64,000 nt of DNA, taken from NCBI RefSeq assembly GCF_023055435.1, contig NW_025963791.1, positions 10,230,001 to 10,294,000 of the forward strand, given 5' to 3'. The notes beneath the pieces were generated by a model that was given only the letters and a program-made list of their open reading frames with translations, was not told the DNA's origin and searched no databases. Source of the DNA: Haliotis rufescens. Lineage: Eukaryota. The stretch's first letter is position 1. Each line of letters opens with the position of its first letter. The position numbers were made by a program, and so were the translations under genes. Below, piece by piece: positions 11,590 to 22,900 of the stretch.

Positions 11590-13230
11590 CGATTGGGCGG
11601 CAATGCATACCTATACAACTTGTGGAGGGGGGATACGGGCGGAAGTCTCTCCCAGCAGGATATAACACAGGGCGACATTGTTGAAGTAGCCAACCGCCGA
11701 GATCGCTTTGAAGATGTAATTGAGTTGTTCAAACCCGACAAAAGATCAGGCTTACTACAACAGATTGACACGCTTACTGGTGAACTGGATCGACAGGCGC
11801 AGTACAGCAGGAGGAATAACGCGATCATCTACGGTATGTCAGAGAATAAGACTCGCCTTTGATGAGAGAAGGATGTCTGTGATATACTCATCCAAACAGC
11901 CGGGGAAGAGCGCTCACCACTGATGCTATGGTAGCAGCACATCCCCGAGGCTCTGCGGGTAAAAGATCACCCAGACCCATGAGAGTAAATTCGAAGTTCA
12001 TATACCCAGACAAGTCATGAGCGGTCAGTCGGAGACATAATCTGAAAAGCAATGGGTTTCGGGATCTCTAACGACCTTACAAAGAAACAAAGAGGTACTT
12101 TACAGAAACTGAAAAGTTAAAATACATTCGGTTACTATAAGAACGGCGAGCTTTTCGCCAAGGACGCTGAAGAATCGCTTGTTAGCAAGCCAGATGGACA
12201 GTCTGACAGACAGAGCAATACCAACAGTTCACCATAATAAGAATGATGGTCAGAATAATTATAGATAGGGGCGTGGCCCCGCCCAGGCAGAATCTCGTAT
12301 TATTGCACTCTTTTGGAATATCAACGGACTGTCTTCTAAGTTGTGCGATACTGTTTTTTTATCCTTTCCAGCAAATCATCACATTGTAGGACTCACCCAG
12401 ACCGCATGATCACACATCTCTCATCTCTCCGAGGCAAGGGAGTAAACTGATTGTAAAAGTTTAGTTTGCACCCATGCTGAACCAGGCTGGAATTTCCGGG
12501 CTCGATCGTAGCGCCACCAGTGGCTATTACGAGATATGTCCCTTCTCTGTCCCTCCTTCTGACCAATCAGATCCCACCTCTCATGTCACTTGCATTTGCT
12601 TCAAACAAAATGGCGGCGCCCAGTCAACACGATCTGATCGAGAATCAAGATCTATATTGTAATAAAACAGATCTTACTTCGCGAAGTGTATCAAATCACT
12701 TGATTAAAAACTTGAAAATATTTGGAATATATCGGTTGACGCCGAGTTGTCAGTATACATGTTTCTCAAGTCCTGTAAAAGACCGAAATCTGCACAACAG
12801 CTTACAGTATAACAACACGCCCACTTCGTGTTGAATACATATTTTCACGCAGGTATCAATACTTGATATAATCCAAGAGCATGGCGATATACATAATTAT
12901 ACTAGTGGGTGGGATTTTAATGCAAGGACCGGTATAGAGTTTGATTACATTTTACATGATATTTCAAGTCACGTTGGCATGGACCATCGTTCATATAGAC
13001 ATGCTACCTGTCATGCATTACGACATACGCGTGACATGATGACAAACAGATATGGGTGGTCATTGCTATAGCTTTGTATATACTTAAATCTCAATATCAT
13101 GAATGGAAGATGTGGTGTGGGTGACTTTACATTAGCTTCAGCAGTGTCATTGAGTACATTATTACGTCAAGCTTTGTTCACGTTGTCATGAGTTCGACAT
13201 CGTTCGAGGTCAGAGTGTGATCAATTACCT
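11590..13230 (+). mobile_element. Non-LTR retrotransposon remnant: ORF1-like region plus AP-endonuclease fragments
   Basis: QYSRRNNAIIYG (ORF1-type), ALFWNINGL near 12305, DFNARTG near 12910 and IMNGR near 13100; many disablements and an insertion at about 12430-12860. Confidence 0.7.
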
Positions 13231-13387
13231 GTGCGGTGGACGCGTCAGTCACGGGACATACACGCTCCTCTCTGCCAGGATCGTCACGAAGCACAGGATG
13301 CACGTGACGGAGGTAATAGCTTCAGATTTAATTAGGACATGGACAAGGTCCGTGAATGCAGAGAGAATCTACTTTCACTTGATATAT

Positions 13388-13633
13388 CTTGTTTGTTTGT
13401 TTGTTGTTTAACGCTGCATTCAGCAATAGTCCAACTATATGACGGCGGTCTGTAAATAATCGAGTCTGGACCAGGCAATCCAGTGATTGTCATCATGACC
13501 ATCGATCCACGCAACTGGGATCGATGACATGCATCAACCAAGTCAGCGAGCCTGACCACCCGATCCCGTTAGTCGCCTTTTATGGCACGCATGGGTTGCT
13601 GAAGACCTATTCTACCCCGGATCTTCACGAGTC
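13388..13633 (-). mobile_element. Family B, full length (single hairpin unit)
   Basis: TSD TGA(T/C)ATATCT. Confidence 0.88.
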
Positions 13634-13689
13634 TGACATATCTGGATTGCTTGATAGCTTTTGCCACAAAGTTCTTATGCTATTAATCT

Positions 13690-15815
13690 CTTACAGATGC
13701 AATACGCCAAGCTCCACGGTGTATAGAACGCAAACAAAAATAAATGAATAGACGAAATTCACAACCTTGATATTAAGGAAGCATATGATATGATCTGGAG
13801 ACAGACTTCTTTTCCAATTACAGAAGCTGGAGATAAAGGGAACCATGTTCAGATGGATTCATTCGTTTCTTTCTGAAGGTCTATTAAAGTTTGCGTTGGA
13901 CAGAACCTTTCTGGTAAACATTCTATTCAAAATGGTACCCCACAAGGTAATGTTATAAGCCTTGTACTGTTCAATGTAGATGCAGCACAGTTTACTCATG
14001 ATAGATCATTTTGGAGACCCTTCGGAAATTTCAAGTTGAATCATTTCAGAAATGCTTAGACGTCACAACTACGTGGTGTTCTTAGTGGGGTTTTGGGGTT
14101 TCTCAGTCCAAATCTGTTGCAATAATGATGACCAGACGTAACATTCGTTCAAATAAAGACCTAAGTTTTGGTGACCACAAAATAGAAATTGGCCGTGAGT
14201 TTAAATACCCTGGTGTTTATTTCGATCAGAGTCTAACGTGGGGTTCTCACATATCTCATGTTGAGAACAAATGTAATAAGGTTATAAATCTGCTGAAGGG
14301 CATTGCTATATGAAACGTTGCCACTATCAAAGATTGACTGTGGCTGCCAAGATTTTTGTCTGCCTCAAAACTTCTTTCTCAACTTCACCGCATTAATTTT
14401 GTACTTGTGCATATGCGACTTCTCCAGTTTCACCCCCCAGGCTGGATGGGCAGATATGCCACTAGCCCTCCGTCGTGAACGTATGCCTCTCAAATATGTT
14501 ATAACTCAAATCTAAAACCATCTATAATTCTGCTAATGATGTTGTTAGTTTAGTGACCGTGTTGAGGATGTGATTTGCGATTGGTCACGGGGAAAGGTCC
14601 TTTCGGATTGAGCATTCAGAAACTGGACACGCTGTGATAAGTTAATACAGGAATACTGTTAAAAGCGGCGTTAAACCCAACTAACTCACTCCTGCTTTGT
14701 TATGAGCTCGGATGAGTCCAAATGTCATAAAAGCCTTAGCTCAGGACTATAACTGAACATTATGCCACTTCGCGCACATGTTTACTGATGCCTCAAAGGA
14801 ATTCGGGATTTTTTCATTTCAAGTGTGTTCAGGCTAAGAGACCATCTCTCAGTATTTTCTGCTGAACTTACAGCTATTCTTCAAGCTCTAAGGTGGGTTA
14901 ATGGATATGATCACGAGGCGGTTATAATTACTGACTCCATGACGGCTGTTAAAGCAACTGAATACAGTATCAATGCTTCACAAAGTGACATTGTTTATGA
15001 AATATTAACGTTGGACACGTTGTTGAACTCAAAGTATATTACGTGTGATATTGTATGGACATGAGGCAGCAGACCAACTTGCGAAATCTGGCTTGCAATA
15101 TCCCGAGGTAACAATATCCCAATTCAGACCCAAACCTAAATATTTCGACTTTTTTAAGCAAAATCAAGCTGGTAACAGTTGTGGTTGCTGGGACAACTTG
15201 CCGACATATCAATTCAATTTGTCCTTCTGTAAAAACAAATTGAACAATTCGCCGACGGTGGAAACGTGAGGAAGTCACAATTACTTGACTTACTTGGATT
15301 AAATGCTTACCGCAGTGTCATCGATAAAGAGGCTTCCTCTGTAGTATACACTGACGAAATCACGTCCGACACAGTGAAGCATTATTTATTTGAACGCCCA
15401 GGCCACATTCATTTCGGGTTAAATTTGTGACGTGCAGTACTTGAGAGAGAATGTTTATTTTCTCTTATTACGCTTTTGGGTTCTAACATTTTTTATGGTT
15501 CAATTCAGGCGGCAATATAAGTCTTCGTGACTGCATCAGGAAAACTTTATATATTGTAGAAATTGAATGTGTACATACATTGTGTAGTGACTTTTAAACC
15601 ATTTTAACTGTTTTCCTTTTATTGTCTGATCTGGGGTTTTTTTATGGAATGAGTTCTTACTTTTCAGAAATGAAATAGTATTTACTTGCTGTTTTGATAT
15701 ATAAATTAGATCATGAAGCAGATTAGTTCATCATCTCATTACCATTACTCCGTACATTTAATATGTTGGGCGCAAATAGACCTTTAATGGCCCAAGTCGC
15801 ATTAAAACCCAAATA
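13690..15815 (+). mobile_element. Degenerate LINE with RT and RNase H (I/Nimb-like group), 3' end near 15815
   Basis: NGTPQG.VISxxLFN, FKYPGVYFD..LTW..HI, FTDASK and SVFSAELTAILQAL...IITDS (RNase H), GHEAADQLAK, TVKHYLFE; I-like terminus GGCGCAAATAGACC...TTAAAACCC. Confidence 0.78.
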
Positions 15816-16006
15816 GAGGCGACTAACGGATCAGGTAGTCAGGCTCGCTGACTTGGTTGATGCATGTCATCGTATCCCAATTGCGTGGATTGATGCTCAC
15901 AATGTAGATCAGAGGATTGTCTGGCCCAGACTCGATTATTTACAGACCGCCGTCATATATAGTTGGAATATTGCTGAGTGCGGCGTGAAACAACAAACAA
16001 ACAAAC
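15816..16006 (+). mobile_element. Family B, 5'-truncated, inserted in the LINE 3' tail
   Basis: TSD AACCCAAATA (15806-15815 / 16008-16017). Confidence 0.85.
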
Positions 16007-16209
16007 GAACCCAAATACCATACCACCATCACAAAACAAGCGCAGTGGTAGAAGCGGCAGTACAATATCAATATCAATCACAACTCTACCCAATGTCGTG
16101 GATTTCATAAATCGGTCCATTCACTTCGACCTTTGCAAGTTTAGCTCACCATAGTACTCTGAAAGGTTAAACATACACATCAAGGTGAACATTTACTTTA
16201 AATGAATAC

Positions 16210-17270
16210 CTATAATACATGATTGCCTCTCAGACGTATTCATCTGCCCATTTGGCCTAAACAGGGATGTGTGCTTAGCCCATTACTATTTTCACTTTTT
16301 CAAGATCACTGTCGTGGACTCCTCATATGAGGAATGAATACTGCCTTACAGTCTAACAAGTACTTTGTGGTGTCTTTAAATCTTCAAACATGCTCAAGCC
16401 ATTCAAGAGTTATTTTTTAAAATATCTGATGCTAAAATTAGCCCAATTTTATTTCACGGTTCGGAATATGGGGCGTTGAATTTTGAAACTGTTCACATGC
16501 TTGCATGAAATCGTTTTTGTGTGTTAAGCAGTTATGCTCAAACCGTGTAGTGAGAGGTGCGTGTAGAAGGTACACAGTGTATATTCACTTGTAAGAGGGA
16601 TTTCAAATACAGGTGCAAAATTAGTAATATGCCACAATCCAGATTTGTTAGGAAAAACTATAATTTATTGTTATTAAATTGCAAAATTGGAAAGACTAAT
16701 TGGGTTTTCAAAATTAAAAACAGTCTATTTTCTCTTGGATTTGGCTACATTTGGGAGCAGGAGTGTGTAAATAATGTTGCGAATTTTTTTTCGGAATTTC
16801 ATTTTAGACTTAAGTGTTCATGTGAGCACTATCGCTATCATATATGCAGTTCAAAACCTCAATTGGCCTAGAAACGTATATTATAATATTGTCCATTTCC
16901 AATTTTAAGATGGCACTTGCTCAATTGAGATGCCACTCACACCAGCTCAGAATTGAGACTGGCAGACAAAGTAAAGACCCTAAAGTTGACAGATTGTGTT
17001 TAGTCTGCAAACGTTAATAAATCAAAGATGAATATCATTTTATTCTAACGTGCAATGTATATAATAATCTGAGATATAAGTACATACCTAAAATATTCTA
17101 TGTAAATCACCCTAACATAAGTTTAACATGCTAATGTCTTCTTAGCCACTTATGTCTTCGCCTTGGATCTTCGTTTTAATGAACAACTTGTCTTGTTACA
17201 CATATATCTCTCCCATTGTATACACTTTGATGTAGCATGGGACTTTGGCCTACACTACCTATTGACTTAA
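16210..17270 (+). mobile_element. Degenerate LINE RT C-terminal region (RTEX/CR1-like)
   Basis: KQGCVLSPLLFSLF, PILFHGSE, LRCHSHQLRIETGR...RLCLVC...DEYHFILTC...LRYKYIP. Confidence 0.75.
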
Positions 17271-18323
17271 CATTTGGAAAAGAAAATATGTTAACATGTA
17301 TATCATTGGTTGATGCATGTCATCATATCTAAATTGGGTAGCTCGATGCTCATTATGTCAATCACTGGATTGTCTGGCCCTGACTCGATTATTTAATTTA
17401 CAGACCGCCGTCATATAGCTGGAATATTGCCCGGCGTTAAACAAGAAACAAACATAAAAAATATGAAACACGTGTTTCCTGCTTGTGCGAAGCGGACATC
17501 GTGATGGCAATCTACCGTGTACACGATTTCATTGATTAAAAGACATAAAACTGAATAGGAAACGATATTATGTGTAAAGAAACCGGTTGTTGATGAGATA
17601 GACAATTGATTACATACACCTTCATGACATTCATGTATATACGATATATATAATCTCCTTATGTTATGAACGTGACATGGACGCGTGACAAAGACAAATG
17701 TTCAGCGTGACTCGGCCAAATTGGCGATGCGATGGCTGGCGAGTTAGTGAGTTGGGTTAAGCGCCACTTTGAGCAGTATTTGTTATATCACGCACGTTAG
17801 ATTGTTGGGGAAGGACCGCCAAAGGCGCCAAAGACCGCCAATTACACTAAACGTGTTTATGTTATTTGGCAACAATCGTAACAGGTAGCGATGTCCTGTC
17901 CTAGACTGGTTTCATTGCCCAAGAACGCCTGCCCTCCTCGCCTGCTGCCGCAAGGAGGCGATGGGCGGGGAACAAGTCTAGCTCTGTCCGATCTATTTCC
18001 CCATACAGCATTTGGCTGCGGTGAAACGTTGACCGATTTCCGTGAAGCGGTTCTGTCTGTCGAGAAAGACGGGGACAGGCCCATAGCATATCGAATTGCG
18101 GGAAACGTTGACCCAGTTTCCGTGTGGCGAGATATTAGGACTTTTGGACAGTGTGAATAAATTTCAGGCTACACCAGTAAACATATTACCATCAGGGAGG
18201 TAACTCTCACAGAGAAATATATGGTTCGTGGTTAGAAATAACAAACGCACTCACATCGTTGTGGGTTTTAATGTTAAGAATATCTACATGTCTCCATGTG
18301 CAGATCTACTTCATTGTAAAACA

Positions 18324-18573
18324 ACCCGTAAAGATCCGGGGTAGAATAGGTAGAAAAGGCGACTATGCTTGTCGTAAGGGGCAACTAACGGGATCGGGTG
18401 GTCAGGCTCTCTGACTTGGTTGGTGCATGTCATCGCTCCCAATTGCGTGGATCGATGCTCATGATGTCAATCACTGGATTGTCTGGTCCAAACTCGATTA
18501 TTTACAGACCGCTGTCATATAGCTGGAATATTGCTGAGTACGGCTTTAAACAACAAACCAACCAACCAACCAA
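18324..18573 (+). mobile_element. Family B
   Basis: TSD TCATTGTAAAACAA. Confidence 0.88.
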
Positions 18574-19576
18574 TCATTGTAAAACAATATCACAACATTG
18601 TAGCTATTACTTTGAAAAGATTAATTTAAAAAATAGAAATAACTTGACCACTGTAGATATATCAATGTCAACAGTATCATGTATACCACTACAATTGTGT
18701 CAGCTTAATACCCATTGTTCCTTGAAAACAATAACAAATGTTTCAGGAAGAGATTGAGCCCAGAGACCATATGATAGATCTATTATATGGTCTCTGTTTA
18801 GGCGAAAACATTTTACTAGTTTTGTTTTCATAATATGTTTGTTTTCTACTATAATATTAAATAAATATTTAAACTGATATATCATGCTCTCATTCCTTAT
18901 TCTGAAGGTACCACGTGCAAGTTACAATTTCTTTTATCTTCGGGGTTACACACGTGTGCTTTTATCACAGTATAGGTATTTGCATCAATAGGTAGGTATA
19001 CAACAAAAAAACATTGCGCCGTGTTGATCCTCTTGATCAAGGCTATCCCGTGTATAGTGTATTTAAATATCGACCCTCTTCGTCTGTTCTGCTAATGGAT
19101 ACCGCATGTGTCAATCATCATATATAATAAAATGAAATAGGTATACCTCGGCATACTCGATGACATATGATATGACAACGTCAGGGTGATGTATTGACAT
19201 GGACACATTGTTTAATCACAAGCTTGGTCTATTTCTAGCACACTACAGGCTTAAGACGGTGGAGGTAAGCGATGTCGTACTGGGGCTTATACCGAGTTCC
19301 TGTTTCCTGATGGGCTAAGTGGATGAACTCGGTGACGTCATCACAGTCGCTGTGAGCCGTGCAGATGTTTATAACGCCTACGGGTTTAAGTTCGCTAACT
19401 TATGTTCGTGGTCCGATGTCGGAGATAGAAGATGAATTTGAAATGAATTAGTACTGAGACCGTGTTTGAATGTACTGAAGGACAATTGCACAACCTTACA
19501 GAATTGTACGAAAACGATTTGTTATTTTAGGAATCGTTTCGTATGACAACGCGTGACATCAGTGACCTTAATCAAA

Positions 19577-19914
19577 ATGGACAACATCACTCAGCGTTTA
19601 ATGGAACAGAAGTTCGACCTTCAAGAAGACGACATCATCGATGACTATGGATCAAGTTACGACAGCACGACCAACACGTCCGACGGCGATAAACGCCGGT
19701 GTTCTTGTCTAACAGATCAACACAAGACATTATTTCGCGCCTTGATGGGGGAGCTGGTTGGGGTATGTTTCTATGTGTTTATCGGGTGTATGGCTACCCC
19801 CCACCCCGAAGGAGTGTACCCTGGAACTACACATCCGGGCGCCGGAGCTATACCAGTGGCGCTCGCCCATGGACTGGGTCTTGCATCCCTCAGCGCTGTG
19901 CTGTTAAAGATCAG
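19577..19914 (+). CDS. AQP paralog B exon 1
   Basis: MDNITQ...[17 protein letters not shown]...PVALAHGLG...LLKI then AG|GTGGAG; a possible upstream acceptor TTTTAG at 19530 suggests a 5' UTR intron. Confidence 0.88.
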
Positions 19915-22900
19915 GTGGAGTTGTTTTGCTCTTGAAACATGTTGTGCGATGTGCGAGAGAGGGTTTGTTGACAGGCTGAATGCATTACTATAGATAGTAA
20001 ATTATACATTGTGTGTAAGCGATTGTCATAAGCGCGACAGAGAGTGTTATGCATTTGTGCGAGAGACTTCTCAGACTGTTGGTATAGAGAGTAATGTATT
20101 TGTGTGAGAGACTGACACAATGTCGGTATAGAGAGTAAGTTATGTATTTGTGTGAGAGACTGACACAACGACGGTATAGAGAGTTATGTATTTGTGTGAT
20201 AGACTGACACAATGTCGGTATAGAGAGTAATGTATTTGTGTGAGAGACTGACACAATGTCGGTATAGAGAGTTATGTATTTGTGTGAGAGACTGACACAA
20301 TGACGGTATAGAGAGTAATGTATTTGTGTGAGAGACTGACACAATGTCGGTATAGAGAGTTATGTATTTGTGTGAGAGACTGACACAATGTCGGTATAGA
20401 GAGTAATGTATTTGTGTGAGAGACTGACACAATGACGGTATAGAGAGTAAGTTATGTATTGTGTGAGATTGTCACGAGGGCGGTATAGAGAGTAATTTAT
20501 GTACTCTGTGTGAGAGACTGCCACAATAGCGGTATAGAAAGTAAGTTATGCATTATGTGAGAAACTTTCCCAATGACGGTAAAGAGAGTAAGTTATGTAT
20601 TTGTGTGAGAGACTGACACAATGGCGGTATAGAGAGTTATGTATTTGTGTGAGAGACTTTCCAAATGACGGTATAGAGAGTAATTTATGTACTCTGTGTG
20701 AGAGACTGACACAATGGCGGTATAGAAAGTAAGTTATGCATTATGTGTGAGAAATTGTCACACGGGCGGAATAGAGTAAGTTATGCATTGTGTGTGAAAG
20801 ATTGACACAATGGCGGTTCAGAGAGTAAGTTATGCATTGTGTGTGAAAGATGGTCAGAAGGGCAGTACACAGAGTAAGTTATGCATTGTGTGTGATTGTC
20901 ACGAAGGCGGTATAGAGAGAAAGATATGTACTCTGTGTGAGAGACACAATGGCGGTATAGACGGTAAGTTATGCATTGTTTGTAAGAGCTTGTGACAAGG
21001 GCGGGAGAGAGAGAGTAGGTTATGCATTGTGTGTGAAAGATTATCAGAAGAGCGGTCTAGAGAGGAAGCTATGCATTGTGTGAGATTGTTACAAGGGCGG
21101 TATAGAGTGAAAGTTATGCATTGTGTGTAAAATATTGTCACAAGGGCGGGAGAAAGAGAAAGTTATGCATTAAATCTGATTAAAATCAGATCTTTTTATC
21201 CCGATTCGAAACCTCTCCGTGTGAAGATCAACAGGTTAATTTTCTAAAACTCAATCAGCGTCGAGATTCTAAATTATGACCGTAAGTAGGCAGCTCACAA
21301 AGGTCCCATGTGGTGCATCATACTTACACCCTGTCGCTTCAAAGAGCCTTTTCAATCAAAAGGAATTTGTGTGAAGAAAAGGAACATTTGTATCCTGTCC
21401 GAGCTTTCTTTTTTCAAGACTGAAATTCCCGAGCCGAAGTGGTAAAAAGGGAGCCCCCAATTGGTATTTAACATATGTATTGCGTGAGAGATTGTCAGAC
21501 AGGCCGTGTAGGAAGAAAGTTATGCAGTGTTTGAGAGTTTCTTCAGTCAGTATATAGTCGCAAAATGTTCGTCTTGTCACGCCGCATCTGACCTCGACCT
21601 TGTAAGCCTAACTTTAAGCAAATATGTAAAGGGATTATTATTTTAAAAATCAACCTTCTTGGTCTTATATAAAACAAATTATATTTTTCTCCATCGAAGC
21701 GTACGTACAAGAACATATATAAATCTGGAAGAGTCGGTGGGAGCCAATCTTTTATTGCACAGAAGCATATCTTCCTGATACTGATTTGGAATAGAGCTAC
21801 CTTGACGTTTTATAATCTGGATTGGTTATGTTTTGATATAATACATATACTCCACAGTCTTGGTGCTGGACTAGGGGATACGTGTGATATGTCCCTGACG
21901 TTATTCCTGACCTCCGTGTTCCAGCGGTGCCCACCTCAACCCTGCCGTGACCTTGGGCGTGGTGCTGTGTGGGGAGATGGGCCTGGGTGCAGGGCTGGCG
22001 TATGTCGCCACCCAGACGGTGGCTGGGGTAATTGGAGCGGCACTCTGCAGGGTGAGGTTTAGTATAACCGTTGCCGTATCCCTCATCTGCTCAATCTGAT
22101 AACAGTTTTTTCTGTCACCACTGGGGACGACAGATCGACCTTTCAGAAGAGCTTACCAATGTGCACTGTAAGATTTACACCGCACTTCTACATTTACTGG
22201 GCCCATTTCTGGTGTCCCCCGCCGTGATATTGCTGGAATATTGCTAAAAGCGGCGTAAACCCATACTCACTCACTCACTCTACATTTACTGGCTACAAAT
22301 CATACAAAACATTTCATGAATATGATACCAATTACCAGAAAATACGTTTATACGTTTAAAAGATTAATATGCAAATTTTGCAAATATCTTCGTTAATCAC
22401 TTCTATAATACGTATACTATATTTTATCGAAAGTGAACTTTGAAAAAAGGAATTTGAAAACAAAACAAAACTAGATTCGGTGGGTGACAGAATAACTGAT
22501 ATTTAACATGAAGGAGATTGTTGCCGCAGCTGAGGGTTGATAATATATAGTATGGCCGCTGGCCAGAATTTACTTGTTATGAATTACCTTGTCATCCTGT
22601 TACAAACTTATGATTGATGGTTTTTTTAGGAGAGACGCGTTTCTCTAGTTGACTAATGGCGCTGTGTATTGGTTGTTGTGTATGTCTAGTGTGAACTCCC
22701 TGAAGACAAAAGACGAACTATTGGGAGTTTTATAAGCTTTTGTGATTTAAAAATATACCGGCATGAGCCAAGGCCTTGATCGTGTTAACATATAAATGCT
22801 TTTGACAATCCAGAAAAGTCAATCTTTTTCACACAGATCAACCACACCTCTAGATATGTAGATATGTTTGATGTTGTCTGAAGTCCAAAACTTGTAAATG

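Noticed and set aside
19911-20432. Repetitive ORFs on the - strand
   Set aside because: They are translations of the 44-48-bp minisatellite.
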